Shown one piece after another: positions 21,170-30,452 of a DNA stretch of 64,000 nt. Source of the DNA: Halarcobacter sp. (lineage in GTDB: Bacteria > Campylobacterota > Campylobacteria > Campylobacterales > Arcobacteraceae); contig OY781089.1 in assembly GCA_963676565.1 (NCBI GenBank), positions 1,088,001 to 1,152,000 on the forward strand. The letters are read 5' to 3'. Position 1 is the stretch's first letter, and each line of letters begins with the position of its first letter. Under the pieces are notes generated by a model. It was given only the letters and a program-made list of their open reading frames with translations. It was not told the origin of the DNA and did no database searches. Made by a program: the position numbers and the translations under genes.

Positions 21170-21267
21170 AACAATCCTTTCATAAAATTTTTAAGAGGTG
21201 CAATTATAGCAGAAAAATCTAAACTTAATTTAAAGTTAGATAAAATCGCAAAAACGTAAGGATAATT

Positions 21268-21957
21268 TTGAAATTTACATTTGTAACACTTTTTTCAAAT
21301 CTGATTGAACCATATTTTTATGACTCAATTTTAAAAAGAGCTGTTGAAGCAAATTTTATAAGTTATGAATTTTATAATCCACGGGATTTTACTAAAAATA
21401 AACACCTAAAAGTAGATGCTCAAATGGTAGGTGGAGGTGCTGGAATGCTTATGACACCCCAGCCACTTTTTGATTGTTTAGATGAGGTTAAAAAGAAAAA
21501 CCCTGATGCTTATATTATATTTCCTCTAGCTGCAGCAAAACCTTTTCGGCAAAATGATGCCAAAAGACTTGCAAAAAAACAGAATATTGTTTTTGTTAGT
21601 GGAAGATATGAAGGAATTGATGAAAGAGTTATTGAAAAATATGCCAATGAGGTTTTCTCAATTGGTGAGTTTATCTTAACAGGTGGTGAATTACCATCTT
21701 TAGTTATGGCAGATGCAATTTCTAGAAATGTTGAAGGTGTTCTTGGAAATGCTGATTCTTTGACTATGGAAAGTTATGAAAACAATCTTTTAGAAGCGCC
21801 TTCTTTTACAAAACCTGAAAAATTTGAAAATTTAAGTGTAATTAAAGAATTCTTAAAGGGAAATCATAGTAAAATTGCCGACCTAAAAAATAATCTGGCT
21901 ATTTGCAAAACAAAATATTTTAGACCAGGTTTAGTTACGAACAAAAAAACAAAATAG
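21268..21957 (+). CDS. trmD: tRNA (guanine37-N1)-methyltransferase
   Basis: [27 protein letters not shown]. Confidence 0.97.
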   Translation: MKFTFVTLFSNLIEPYFYDSILKRAVEANFISYEFYNPRDFTKNKHLKVDAQMVGGGAGMLMTPQPLFDCLDEVKKKNPDAYIIFPLAAAKPFRQNDAKRLAKKQNIVFVSGRYEGIDERVIEKYANEVFSIGEFILTGGELPSLVMADAISRNVEGVLGNADSLTMESYENNLLEAPSFTKPEKFENLSVIKEFLKGNHSKIADLKNNLAICKTKYFRPGLVTNKKTK

Positions 21958-21998
21958 AAGTGTGATACCCCGCAACTTGCAAATGCGGGCACTTTCAC
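21957..21998 (+). promoter_or_regulatory. GC-rich hairpin in the rplS leader (candidate L19 autoregulatory element)
   Basis: CCCGCA/TGCGGG stem plus AAGTG/CACTT outer stem between trmD stop and rplS SD. Confidence 0.5.
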
Positions 21999-22012
21999 CA
22001 AAGGGAAATACA

Positions 22013-22369
22013 ATGAAAAATAGATACATTGCGAGCTTTGAAGCAGCGCAAATTGCAGAAAAAGAGATTCCTCAGTTTAGAGCAGGGGATACAGTAAGAC
22101 TTGGTGTTGAAATTAAAGAAGGTGAGAAAAAAAGAGTTCAAACTTTCGAAGGTGTAGTAATTGCTAGAAGTGGAAATGGAATTGATGCTACTTTCACTGT
22201 TAGAAAAATTGGTGCAAACTCAGTTGGTGTTGAAAGAATTTTCCCATTATATTCTGAGTCATTAAAATCTTTTGACGTAGTAAGAAGAGGTAAAGTAAGA
22301 AGAGCTAAATTACATTACCTAAGAGGTCTTACTGGTAAAAAAGCTAAAATTAAAGAGCTTAGAAAATAA
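22013..22369 (+). CDS. rplS: 50S ribosomal protein L19
   Basis: [27 protein letters not shown]; start at ATG 22013. Confidence 0.98.
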   Translation: MKNRYIASFEAAQIAEKEIPQFRAGDTVRLGVEIKEGEKKRVQTFEGVVIARSGNGIDATFTVRKIGANSVGVERIFPLYSESLKSFDVVRRGKVRRAKLHYLRGLTGKKAKIKELRK

Positions 22370-22377
22370 TTCAAATA

Positions 22378-22403
22378 AAAACTAAGACGTAAGTCTTAGT
22401 TTT
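22378..22403 (+). terminator. Terminator-like hairpin after rplS
   Basis: AAAACTAAGAC-gtaa-GTCTTAGTTTT. Confidence 0.75.
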
Positions 22404-22409
22404 ACTCTC

Positions 22410-22946
22410 ATGTCTAAGACATTTATACACACTGCGTTACTTCCTGAAGCACAAAGCTTAATCAACTTTCTAAAACTAAAACAAGATACCACAATAGAAA
22501 ACTTACCAAAGGGTAATAAACTTTTTGTTGATAAAGATGATAAATATATATTAATAGTATCTGGAATAGGAAAAGAAAACACACTTAAATCTCTGGATTT
22601 TATATATCAAAATTATGAAATACAAAAGGCGATAAATATAGGAACTGCTGGATGTAGTGATTCATCTATCAAAATTGGAACATTCTTTTGTATAAATAGA
22701 CTTTTACCAAATATAAATTTTGCTCCTATTACCACTGTTGATGAACCATTAGAAAGTGATGAAGAGTTACAAACTGTACTTGTGGATATGGAAGCTAAAT
22801 ATTTTTTAGAAAAATCAAAAGAGTACACAAAAGATGTTTATAGTTTTAAAGTTGTTTCAGATTATTTGGATGCAACAATTCCTAAAAAATCTTTTGTGAT
22901 TGAATTGATTGAAAAAAATAAAGAGAAATGGAAAAAGTTTTTATGA
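22410..22946 (+). CDS. Nucleoside phosphorylase / MTA-SAH nucleosidase-like protein
   Basis: ALLPEA, SGIG, NIGTAG, VDMEA, KVVSD (PNP_UDP_1-type motifs). Confidence 0.8.
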   Translation: MSKTFIHTALLPEAQSLINFLKLKQDTTIENLPKGNKLFVDKDDKYILIVSGIGKENTLKSLDFIYQNYEIQKAINIGTAGCSDSSIKIGTFFCINRLLPNINFAPITTVDEPLESDEELQTVLVDMEAKYFLEKSKEYTKDVYSFKVVSDYLDATIPKKSFVIELIEKNKEKWKKFL

Positions 22947-24202
22947 GTTCACACCTTAACTATTTGGAAAAATTTGAATCTTCGATATTAAAAACAAATT
23001 TTGAAAAACTTTCAAAAGAAGAAAGACAGTTTATAGAAGAAAAAGCTTTTTTATATGAGTTTTCTTTTCAGGAATTAAAACAATTAATTGATTTTGCAAT
23101 TGATTTTAGAATGTGGCATGAGAAGGATATATCAAAACTTTTTAAAGATGAATATCCTAATAGAAAAGCTGCTTTTAATGATATTAGAAACAAATGGCAA
23201 GAATTAAGAAATAGACCAAACTCATACTCGAAATTTTCAAAAGAGTTATATAAAGATGATGTAAGAAAGTTTTCATTTACTAAGTTTGAGGGTGAAAAAA
23301 CTGGTTTTGGTTCTTGTCCTGTTGCAAGTCCAGGTACTAGATGTTGTAATCTTTTAACTTTAGATGCCGTTCAGTCATGTGGTTTTGATTGTTCATATTG
23401 CTCTATTCAAAGTTTTTATAATGAAGATAAAATAGGCTTTGATAAAAATTTTAAGAAAAACCTTGAAAATATTGTTTTAGACCCTAATGAAACTTATCAT
23501 ATAGGAACTGGACAAAGTTCAGATTCTTTGATGTGGGGAAATAAAGAGGGGATTTTAGATGCACTTTTTGATTTTGCAAAAAAATGGCCAAATGTGATTT
23601 TAGAGTTTAAAACAAAATCAAATAATATAAAATACTTTTTAGAAAATGATGTACCTAAAAATATAATTTGTACTTGGTCTTTAAATACACCAACAATAAT
23701 TGAAAATGAAGAGCATCTAGCAGCATCACTAGATCAAAGAATAGAAGCCGCAAAAAAAGTAAGCCAAAAGGGTGTTTTAGTTGGTTTTCACTTTCATCCA
23801 ATTGTTCAGTATGAAAACTATTTAGCTGAGTATGAAGAGCTTTATAAAAGACTAATTGATACCTTTGATTCTAAAAAAGTTGCTTTGGTTTCTATGGGAA
23901 CTTTAACTTTTATCAAACCCGTTATAAATAAGATTAGAAGTAGAAACTTCAAATCAAAAATTCTTCAAATGCCATTAACTGATGCAAATGGAAAACAATC
24001 ATATCCTCTGGAAATAAAACGTGAGATGTTCAAACATGCTTATAATACCTTTAAGCCTTGGCATAAAGATGTTTATTTTTATTTATGTATGGAAGATCAA
24101 AGTTTATGGAAAGATTGCTTTGGATACGAATATTCAAGCAATAATCAAATGGAAGAGTTTATGAAGATATCTTATTTAAATAAGATAAATCAAAACTCTT
24201 AA
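22943..24202 (+). CDS. Spore photoproduct lyase-like radical SAM protein
   Basis: CGFDCSYC, GTGQSSDS, EFKTKS, WSLN, FHFHP, YLCME; ATGA overlap with the upstream gene. Confidence 0.85.
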   Translation: MSSHLNYLEKFESSILKTNFEKLSKEERQFIEEKAFLYEFSFQELKQLIDFAIDFRMWHEKDISKLFKDEYPNRKAAFNDIRNKWQELRNRPNSYSKFSKELYKDDVRKFSFTKFEGEKTGFGSCPVASPGTRCCNLLTLDAVQSCGFDCSYCSIQSFYNEDKIGFDKNFKKNLENIVLDPNETYHIGTGQSSDSLMWGNKEGILDALFDFAKKWPNVILEFKTKSNNIKYFLENDVPKNIICTWSLNTPTIIENEEHLAASLDQRIEAAKKVSQKGVLVGFHFHPIVQYENYLAEYEELYKRLIDTFDSKKVALVSMGTLTFIKPVINKIRSRNFKSKILQMPLTDANGKQSYPLEIKREMFKHAYNTFKPWHKDVYFYLCMEDQSLWKDCFGYEYSSNNQMEEFMKISYLNKINQNS

Positions 24203-24239
24203 TTTATTGAAAAGTTTATTATCTATACAAAATCATTTT

Positions 24240-24279
24240 ATAAGCTCTTATTTAAATGATATACTTTAAAAGAGCTTAT
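24240..24279 (+). terminator. Inverted repeat after the radical SAM gene
   Basis: ATAAGCTCTT...AAGAGCTTAT followed by T-rich tract. Confidence 0.55.
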
Positions 24280-24345
24280 TTTTATCTTTTTTGACTTAAC
24301 ACTTAACTAATATTTTCTGCAGCTCAGTCCTTAGGAGCTGTATAG

Positions 24346-25443
24346 ATGAAAAAACAATTTGATATTAAAGAAGCTTTAAAAAAAGCTATGACTCTTCAAC
24401 AAACTGGATCAATAAATAAGGCAAAAGAGTTATATGAAAATATATTAAAAGAAGATGACACTAATTTTGAAGTTTATCTTGAATTAGGTAATTGTTATAA
24501 AGAAATTAAAGATTATAATAAGGCACTTTTTTATTTAAAAAAAGCAATTAAAGTAAATAATAAATGCCACTTATGCCATTTTCATATGTCTAAAATCTAT
24601 GAAAAAATCAATAAATATGAATTCTCTCTTTTTCATTTAGAAAAGGTAATAAAAATTTATCCAGATTCTTATGAAGCACTTTTTTTAATAGCACAATGTT
24701 ATAGAAAAATGAAAAATGAAGAGAAGATGATTGAATACCTTCATTTAACACTTGAAAAACTGCCAGAACATCCCGGAGCAAATCATCTATTGGCATCTTT
24801 TAATAAAAATACAACTAGTAAGTATTCATCTGAATATGCAGAAAACCTTTTTGATCGTTATGCTGATTATTTTGAAGATCATCTAGTAAACTCGTTAGAA
24901 TATAAAGTACCATTTATCATAAAAGAAAAACTAAAATCATTAAACCTTTCAAAAGAGTCAAAATTTTTAGATTTAGGGTGTGGGACAGGATTACTAGGAA
25001 AGAGTATTGTAGAATCATTTCCTAATTTAGTTGGAGTTGATATATCTAAAAATATGATTGAAGAAACAAGAAAAAAAGGAATATATTCTTCACTACATGT
25101 TGGTGATATAGAAAAGTTTCTTTTAGATAATAAAGAGAAATTTAACCTAATAATTGCAGCAGATGTTTTCTTGTATATTGGAGACTTAGAGAATATTTTT
25201 TCTATTATAAAAGATTCCCTTGATGATACGGGATACTTTATTTTTACCATTGAATTATCTCAAATTAAAATAGAAAGTTATCAGTTAGCAAAAAATGGAA
25301 GGTTTTCTCATACTATAGATTATATTGAATCATTATTAAAAAAAAAGGGTTTGAAACTTTATGAAAAAGAGGAAATTATACTAAGACAAGAAAATAAAAT
25401 TGGTCAGAAAGGTGTAATATTTATATTAGAAAAATCTTTATAA
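24346..25443 (+). CDS. TPR-repeat plus class I SAM methyltransferase
   Basis: N-terminal TPRs; LFDRYA..FE..LV..LEY, DLGCGTG, AADVFLYIGDL, GRFSH. Confidence 0.88.
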   Translation: MKKQFDIKEALKKAMTLQQTGSINKAKELYENILKEDDTNFEVYLELGNCYKEIKDYNKALFYLKKAIKVNNKCHLCHFHMSKIYEKINKYEFSLFHLEKVIKIYPDSYEALFLIAQCYRKMKNEEKMIEYLHLTLEKLPEHPGANHLLASFNKNTTSKYSSEYAENLFDRYADYFEDHLVNSLEYKVPFIIKEKLKSLNLSKESKFLDLGCGTGLLGKSIVESFPNLVGVDISKNMIEETRKKGIYSSLHVGDIEKFLLDNKEKFNLIIAADVFLYIGDLENIFSIIKDSLDDTGYFIFTIELSQIKIESYQLAKNGRFSHTIDYIESLLKKKGLKLYEKEEIILRQENKIGQKGVIFILEKSL

Positions 25444-25505
25444 TTTAAGCTTTTCAAACTAAACTACTCTAAACTTAAAAAAAACAATACAAAAAAACTC
25501 ATATT

Positions 25506-25565
25506 TGCAACTAAGTTGCACTTAATATTTATCTGATAAAATTCCAAAATTGCAATTAGCTTGCA
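25506..25565 (+). promoter_or_regulatory. Two tandem TGCAA-N5-TTGCA palindromes (putative Zur-type operators)
   Basis: TGCAACTAAGTTGCA 25506-25520 and TGCAATTAGCTTGCA 25551-25565, directly upstream of the znuC-like gene. Confidence 0.65.
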
Positions 25566-25591
25566 TAGTTATTAAAAAAGGAAAGTCTTTA

Positions 25592-26341
25592 ATGCAATTG
25601 GAAAAAAATATAATTGAAGTGAAAAACTTAAATTTTTCCTATGAAAAACAAAGAGTTTTAGAAGATATAAATTTTACTATTGAAAGAAGTGACTTTTTAA
25701 CTATTATTGGACCAAATGGTGGAGGTAAATCTACTTTATTAAAACTAATTTTAGGAATAAATAAACTCCAAAATGGTTTTATAAAAGTTTTTGGAAAAAA
25801 TCATTTAGAACAAATACAAAATATTGGATATGTTCCTCAAAATACAAATGTAAATTTAAAATTTCCAATTACAGTTTTAGAAGTTGTTATGATGGGACAA
25901 AATAATTTTATTAAAAGGATGTTTGGTTATAAAAAAGATGAAAAACAAAAGGCTTTAGAGGTTTTAAAAAAAGTTTCAATGGAAAATTTTGCAAATAATA
26001 GAATATCAAATCTTTCAGGGGGACAAAGGCAAAGAGTTTTAATTGCAAGGGCACTTTTCTCAAATCCTAAAATTTTACTTTTAGATGAGCCAACTTCAAA
26101 TATAGATATAAATGGGTGTGAACAAGTTTATTTAACACTCCAAGAGCTTAATAAAAAGATACCAATAATTGTTGTAAGTCATGATATTTCTGTGATTTTA
26201 AAGTATGCTTCAAAAGCTTTTTATGTAAATAAAAGAATGACTCAACACGACTTGAGCAAAATGAAAGATGAGTTTAAATCTATTGATTCTCATGTTTGTG
26301 AAATCGAACTTTTAGAGATGTTAGGAAAATGTAGATGTTAG
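25592..26341 (+). CDS. znuC: Metal (Zn/Mn) ABC transporter ATP-binding protein
   Basis: GPNGGGKST, LSGGQRQR, LLLDEP, VSHD. Confidence 0.88.
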   Translation: MQLEKNIIEVKNLNFSYEKQRVLEDINFTIERSDFLTIIGPNGGGKSTLLKLILGINKLQNGFIKVFGKNHLEQIQNIGYVPQNTNVNLKFPITVLEVVMMGQNNFIKRMFGYKKDEKQKALEVLKKVSMENFANNRISNLSGGQRQRVLIARALFSNPKILLLDEPTSNIDINGCEQVYLTLQELNKKIPIIVVSHDISVILKYASKAFYVNKRMTQHDLSKMKDEFKSIDSHVCEIELLEMLGKCRC

Positions 26342-27138
26342 AGATACTATCGTATGAATTTATTCAAAATGCTTTATTAGCTGGAATTATTGTAAGTGCA
26401 ATTACAGCTATTATAGGAACACTTGTAGTTGTAAATAAAATGGTATTTCTTTCAGGTGGAATTGCCCACAGTGCATATGGTGGAATTGGACTAGCTATGT
26501 TTTTTTCACTCCCTATGCTTTTAACAACTTCAGTTTTTTGTATTTTAGTTGCTATTATAATTGCTCTAGCTAGTTATAAAAATAGAGAAAACCTTGATAT
26601 TATGATAGGTCTTATTTGGGCAGTTGGGATGTCCTTTGGTATTTTACTAGTTGATTTAACACCAGGGTACCAAACTGATTTAATGAGTTATTTATTTGGT
26701 TCATTACTTGCTGTAAACAATGAAGATATATATTATATGGGAACACTTTTATTTTCTATTTCTTTAATTGTAGCAATTTTTTATAGAGATATTTTAGCTG
26801 TATCATATGATAGTGAATATGCAAATTTAAGGGGTATAAAAACAAGATTCTTTTATACACTTATTTTGATTTTATCAAGTTTAACTATTGTTATTTCCAT
26901 AAAAGTAGTAGGTTTAATCTTAGTAATTGCCTTACTTACAATTCCTATTTATATCTCAGGCTTTTTTTGTAGAAGTTTGATCTCTATGATGATAGTGTCT
27001 GCATTACTTTCTATATTGTTTACAATAATTGGACTAAGTATTTCTTATCAATATGATTTAAGTTCAGGGCCATCAATTATTATGTCCAGTTCAATTTTTG
27101 CATTAATGGTTTTCATTTATAAAGGAATAAAAAAATGA
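26335..27138 (+). CDS. znuB: Metal (Zn/Mn) ABC transporter permease
   Basis: IAHSA, YLFGS, KVVGLILV, SGPSII. Confidence 0.88.
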   Translation: MLEILSYEFIQNALLAGIIVSAITAIIGTLVVVNKMVFLSGGIAHSAYGGIGLAMFFSLPMLLTTSVFCILVAIIIALASYKNRENLDIMIGLIWAVGMSFGILLVDLTPGYQTDLMSYLFGSLLAVNNEDIYYMGTLLFSISLIVAIFYRDILAVSYDSEYANLRGIKTRFFYTLILILSSLTIVISIKVVGLILVIALLTIPIYISGFFCRSLISMMIVSALLSILFTIIGLSISYQYDLSSGPSIIMSSSIFALMVFIYKGIKK

Positions 27139-27734
27139 ATATGAAAAAAAAGAATAAAAAAAATATAATTGAGTCAAATATTGCAAATCTTCCAACTAGA
27201 TATGGAATATTTGATGTAAAAGCATATAAAGATGGTTGCCAAGAGCACCTTGCAATTATGAGCAAAGATTTTAAAGAGATTGAAGCTCCACTTGTTAGGG
27301 TTCATAGTGAGTGTCTGACAGGTGATGCAATTGGCAGTTTAAAATGTGATTGTAGTAATCAACTAAATTTAGCTTTAGAACTTATCTCAAAAGAGGGCGG
27401 TTTGGTTGTATATCACAGACAGGAGGGAAGAAACATAGGCTTAGTAAATAAAATAAATGCTTATAATCTTCAAGACCAAGGGTATGATACAGTTGAAGCA
27501 AATTTGAAACTGGGTTTTAAAGAGGATGAAAGAGATTATAGTGCAGTTGAGTATATTTTAAAAGATTTAGGTCTAAAAAAGATGAAGTTAATTACTAATA
27601 ATCCAAGAAAAATTAATTTCTTTGAAAAAACTGGAATTGAAATTGTTGAAAGAATTCCAGCAATTACAAAAATAAATAAATTTAATGAAAACTATCTAAA
27701 AACAAAAAAAGATCAATTAGGTCATCTACTTTAA
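27135..27734 (+). CDS. ribA: GTP cyclohydrolase II
   Basis: RVHSECLTGD, KCDC, QEGRNIGL, TNNPRK. Confidence 0.96.
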   Translation: MNMKKKNKKNIIESNIANLPTRYGIFDVKAYKDGCQEHLAIMSKDFKEIEAPLVRVHSECLTGDAIGSLKCDCSNQLNLALELISKEGGLVVYHRQEGRNIGLVNKINAYNLQDQGYDTVEANLKLGFKEDERDYSAVEYILKDLGLKKMKLITNNPRKINFFEKTGIEIVERIPAITKINKFNENYLKTKKDQLGHLL

Positions 27735-27749
27735 ATTAAGGATTATGTT

Positions 27750-28115
27750 ATGTTAAAAAAAGAACACATAGAAGAATTAAAAAACAAACTTTTGGATAAA
27801 AAACAAAAATTGTTTCAAGAATCTAAAATAAGCCAAAATTTTATTGAAGAACTTCATAGTGATACAAAAGGTGATGAAGTTGATATTGCAGAGATATCTT
27901 CAGATACATATAATCTGACTCTTTTAAGAGAAAAGCAAATTGAAGAGTTAAGAGAGATTGAACATGCTTTAAAGAAGATTGAAAATGGTACTTATAATAT
28001 TTGTGAAATGTGTGATGATCCAGTAGGATTAAAAAGACTTAGGGCTAAGCCCCATGCAAAATATTGTATTGAGTGTAGAAGTGTTTTTGAAAAAGAGCAA
28101 AATTCATTGATTTAA
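27750..28115 (+). CDS. dksA: DksA/TraR C4 zinc-finger protein
   Basis: GDEVDIA, CEMC...RLRAKP..KYCIEC. Confidence 0.88.
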   Translation: MLKKEHIEELKNKLLDKKQKLFQESKISQNFIEELHSDTKGDEVDIAEISSDTYNLTLLREKQIEELREIEHALKKIENGTYNICEMCDDPVGLKRLRAKPHAKYCIECRSVFEKEQNSLI

Positions 28116-28136
28116 AAAATAGAAGAATAGGAAGAA

Positions 28137-28409
28137 ATGGAAGATATAAAAGTAGAATTAGAAAGTATAATCTTTGAGGTAATGTTACCTGAATCTCAAG
28201 CTTTTTTACTAGAGTTAAATGATGAGATTGATAATGGGAATGATGCAGAAGAGATTATTGAAGCAAAAAAAGATGTTGAATCTTTCTTAGAAGAATTAAA
28301 TCAGATTCTGAAACTAATTGAAGAAGATAAAATCTCCGATGAAGATGCCCAAGTAATGTATGATAAAATAAGAGTTATGTTAGATGAGCATGAGGATGAA
28401 GAGGATTAA
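28137..28409 (+). CDS. Acidic hypothetical protein
   Basis: 90-aa ORF with AGGA SD. Confidence 0.7.
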   Translation: MEDIKVELESIIFEVMLPESQAFLLELNDEIDNGNDAEEIIEAKKDVESFLEELNQILKLIEEDKISDEDAQVMYDKIRVMLDEHEDEED

Positions 28410-28411
28410 TA

Positions 28412-28987
28412 TTAATCCTCTAAAATTAATTTTAATGTTTCCTTTAGTTTCTTAGGATCTGAAAAATGATCGGCTTTTGAGATAAACTTTCCATTTTTAT
28501 CAAAGAAGTAGATAAATGAAGTATGTGAAACAGAATACCCCATGGCAGAATTTTTTAAAGGTATTTTCTTATAGTAAGATTCGTATCTTTTAGTGATATC
28601 ATCAATATTTGTTTTATTTGAAGTTGCCCCTATAAAATTTGGATGAAAATATTTTGAATATTCATTTAAGTTTTTAAGTGAGTCTCTATCTGGATCAACA
28701 CTAATAAATAATCCAACAAAATCTTTTGTTTTTGCTTTATCAAAACTATTTAATGCTTGTGCTAAACTGCTTAAAGAAGTAGGACAAACATCAGGGCAAT
28801 ATGTATATCCAAAATAAACAGCTAAAGCTTTTCCTTTTAAACTCTTTTTTGTTAGTTCGCCATTTATTGTATTTACTTTAAAATCATATTTTTTTTCTTC
28901 TTTATAATCATCTACAAAAGGTTTTATTATGAGTATTATAAAAACTGCTATAAAAACTATAAGGCCAAATTTTATTATATTATTCAT
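28412..28987 (-). CDS. SCO family copper-binding protein
   Basis: FGYTYCPDVCP, SVDPDRD, H in VSHT. Confidence 0.95.
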   Translation of the reverse strand: MNNIIKFGLIVFIAVFIILIIKPFVDDYKEEKKYDFKVNTINGELTKKSLKGKALAVYFGYTYCPDVCPTSLSSLAQALNSFDKAKTKDFVGLFISVDPDRDSLKNLNEYSKYFHPNFIGATSNKTNIDDITKRYESYYKKIPLKNSAMGYSVSHTSFIYFFDKNGKFISKADHFSDPKKLKETLKLILED

Positions 28988-29472
28988 TATTTGTCCGTTT
29001 CAAATTGGAATCTTGCACCAATTGTTTTATCTATAGTCTCAAGTCTAATCTCTGCATTCCATTGCATGTCCCCTGTAGGACAAGTTGGAAGTGTACCTTT
29101 AGCTTCGTAATTTCCATTACCAAGATTTTTAATTGGAAGATTAAATTCTCCCATAAACATATTTGTTGCATAAATATCTAAATTAAGATTTTTTAAATTT
29201 TGATTATTGCTTTTTATTGTAAATGTCAAGGGTTTCATTAAGGGAATTGTTTTTGGTTCAACATCTAATTCAATACTAGTACCATCTTGAAGTATAATGT
29301 TACAAGAGTTTTTATGCAAATCACAAGTTTTATCTTGAGTTATAAACTGTACTTCACCCTTAAAAGACTGGTATAAGGTATTAAAATCAATTAAGAAGTA
29401 TCCCAATACAATAGAAATAATTCCTATTGTTGGGAAAATTAGGTTTTTAATATTAGTTTTTTCTTCAGACAT
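28987..29472 (-). CDS. Hypothetical membrane-anchored protein in the Cu-chaperone cluster
   Basis: N-terminal TM, CDLHKNSC, NMFMG, LPTC..GDMQW; lies between PCuAC and SCO. Confidence 0.75.
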   Translation of the reverse strand: MSEEKTNIKNLIFPTIGIISIVLGYFLIDFNTLYQSFKGEVQFITQDKTCDLHKNSCNIILQDGTSIELDVEPKTIPLMKPLTFTIKSNNQNLKNLNLDIYATNMFMGEFNLPIKNLGNGNYEAKGTLPTCPTGDMQWNAEIRLETIDKTIGARFQFETDK

Positions 29473-29475
29473 TTT

Positions 29476-29940
29476 TTAGTGATTATGCTTCATGTCATGG
29501 TTGTGTTGTTTCATCCCTGCCATTACTGTTTTGATTGGAGCTGTAACAGTTTTTGTTTCTCCATTTGAAAGTTCTAAGGTAAAGGTAACTTTTTCACCAA
29601 CTTTTAAAGGCTTATGTAATCCTATAAGCATCACATGAAAACCACCTGGTTTTAAAATTGTTTCTGCTTTTGCTGGAATATCAATTTTTGGAACTTGATA
29701 CATTTTCATAACTCCATCTTTCATATCATGGGTATGAAGCTCTACATTTTTTGAAACATTTGATGTAGCTTTTACTACAGAAATATTTTCATTAGAACTA
29801 TTTTTTAATACCATAAATGCAGCCGAATTTGGAAGATTTGGTGGAGTTGCTCTCACATAAGCATCTTCAACTAGCAAATCAGTAGCAAAAACTGACATTA
29901 CACTAAACAATAGTACTAAAGTGATTTTTTTCATAAACAT
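29476..29940 (-). CDS. Copper chaperone PCu(A)C
   Basis: SAAFM, ELHTH...MKM, PGGFHVML; His/Met-rich tail. Confidence 0.94.
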   Translation of the reverse strand: MFMKKITLVLLFSVMSVFATDLLVEDAYVRATPPNLPNSAAFMVLKNSSNENISVVKATSNVSKNVELHTHDMKDGVMKMYQVPKIDIPAKAETILKPGGFHVMLIGLHKPLKVGEKVTFTLELSNGETKTVTAPIKTVMAGMKQHNHDMKHNH

Positions 29941-30050
29941 ATCCTTTTTTTGTTTTTTGAAGTCTATAATAAATGTGTTAACATAATGTTAATTATAAGT
30001 AAAGGTAAAGTAATAGTTAAATAATGGTTTTGAGAAAAACTAAGAAGATA

Positions 30051-30407
30051 CTATTTCTTATAAACATATGCATCATAGGTACTTAAAAAATAGTAACCAT
30101 CTTTTGTAATATTGAATTCTATTTTAAGATTACAAACACCATCATATTTATTTTTTTTAATAAACTTTTGTATTGTTGAGATATTTCTTAAATGAAACTC
30201 TTTAAAAGCTTCAGTCAAGGTAACATATTTATTTTTACCATTAACTTTTTTTATTTTTAATATAGTTGTAGTACTTGCACTTGTATCAACAATAGTCATT
30301 CTATTGTAATCAGGTTGTGAAGTTCTAATCCATATATCAGAAGTTTTTTGTGCATTTAAATTGGTTGATACGATAAGTATAAATAAAAATAGTAAAAGTT
30401 TTTTCAA
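30051..30407 (-). CDS. Secreted hypothetical protein
   Basis: TTG start, signal peptide; downstream of the autotransporter and PPIase. Confidence 0.7.
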   Translation of the reverse strand: MKKLLLFLFILIVSTNLNAQKTSDIWIRTSQPDYNRMTIVDTSASTTTILKIKKVNGKNKYVTLTEAFKEFHLRNISTIQKFIKKNKYDGVCNLKIEFNITKDGYYFLSTYDAYVYKK

Positions 30408-30452
30408 AGTAAAGCCTCTTGTTAAAATTGTAAAATTGTATCAAATTAGATA

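Noticed and set aside
20788..21260. Cobalamin or SAM riboswitch upstream of metE
   Set aside because: No B12-box or SAM-I core motifs recognisable; the region is occupied by an ORF with an SD.
21962..22012. 17-aa N-terminal extension of L19 in the ORF track
   Set aside because: ATG 22013 has an SD-like AAGGG and gives normal L19 length.
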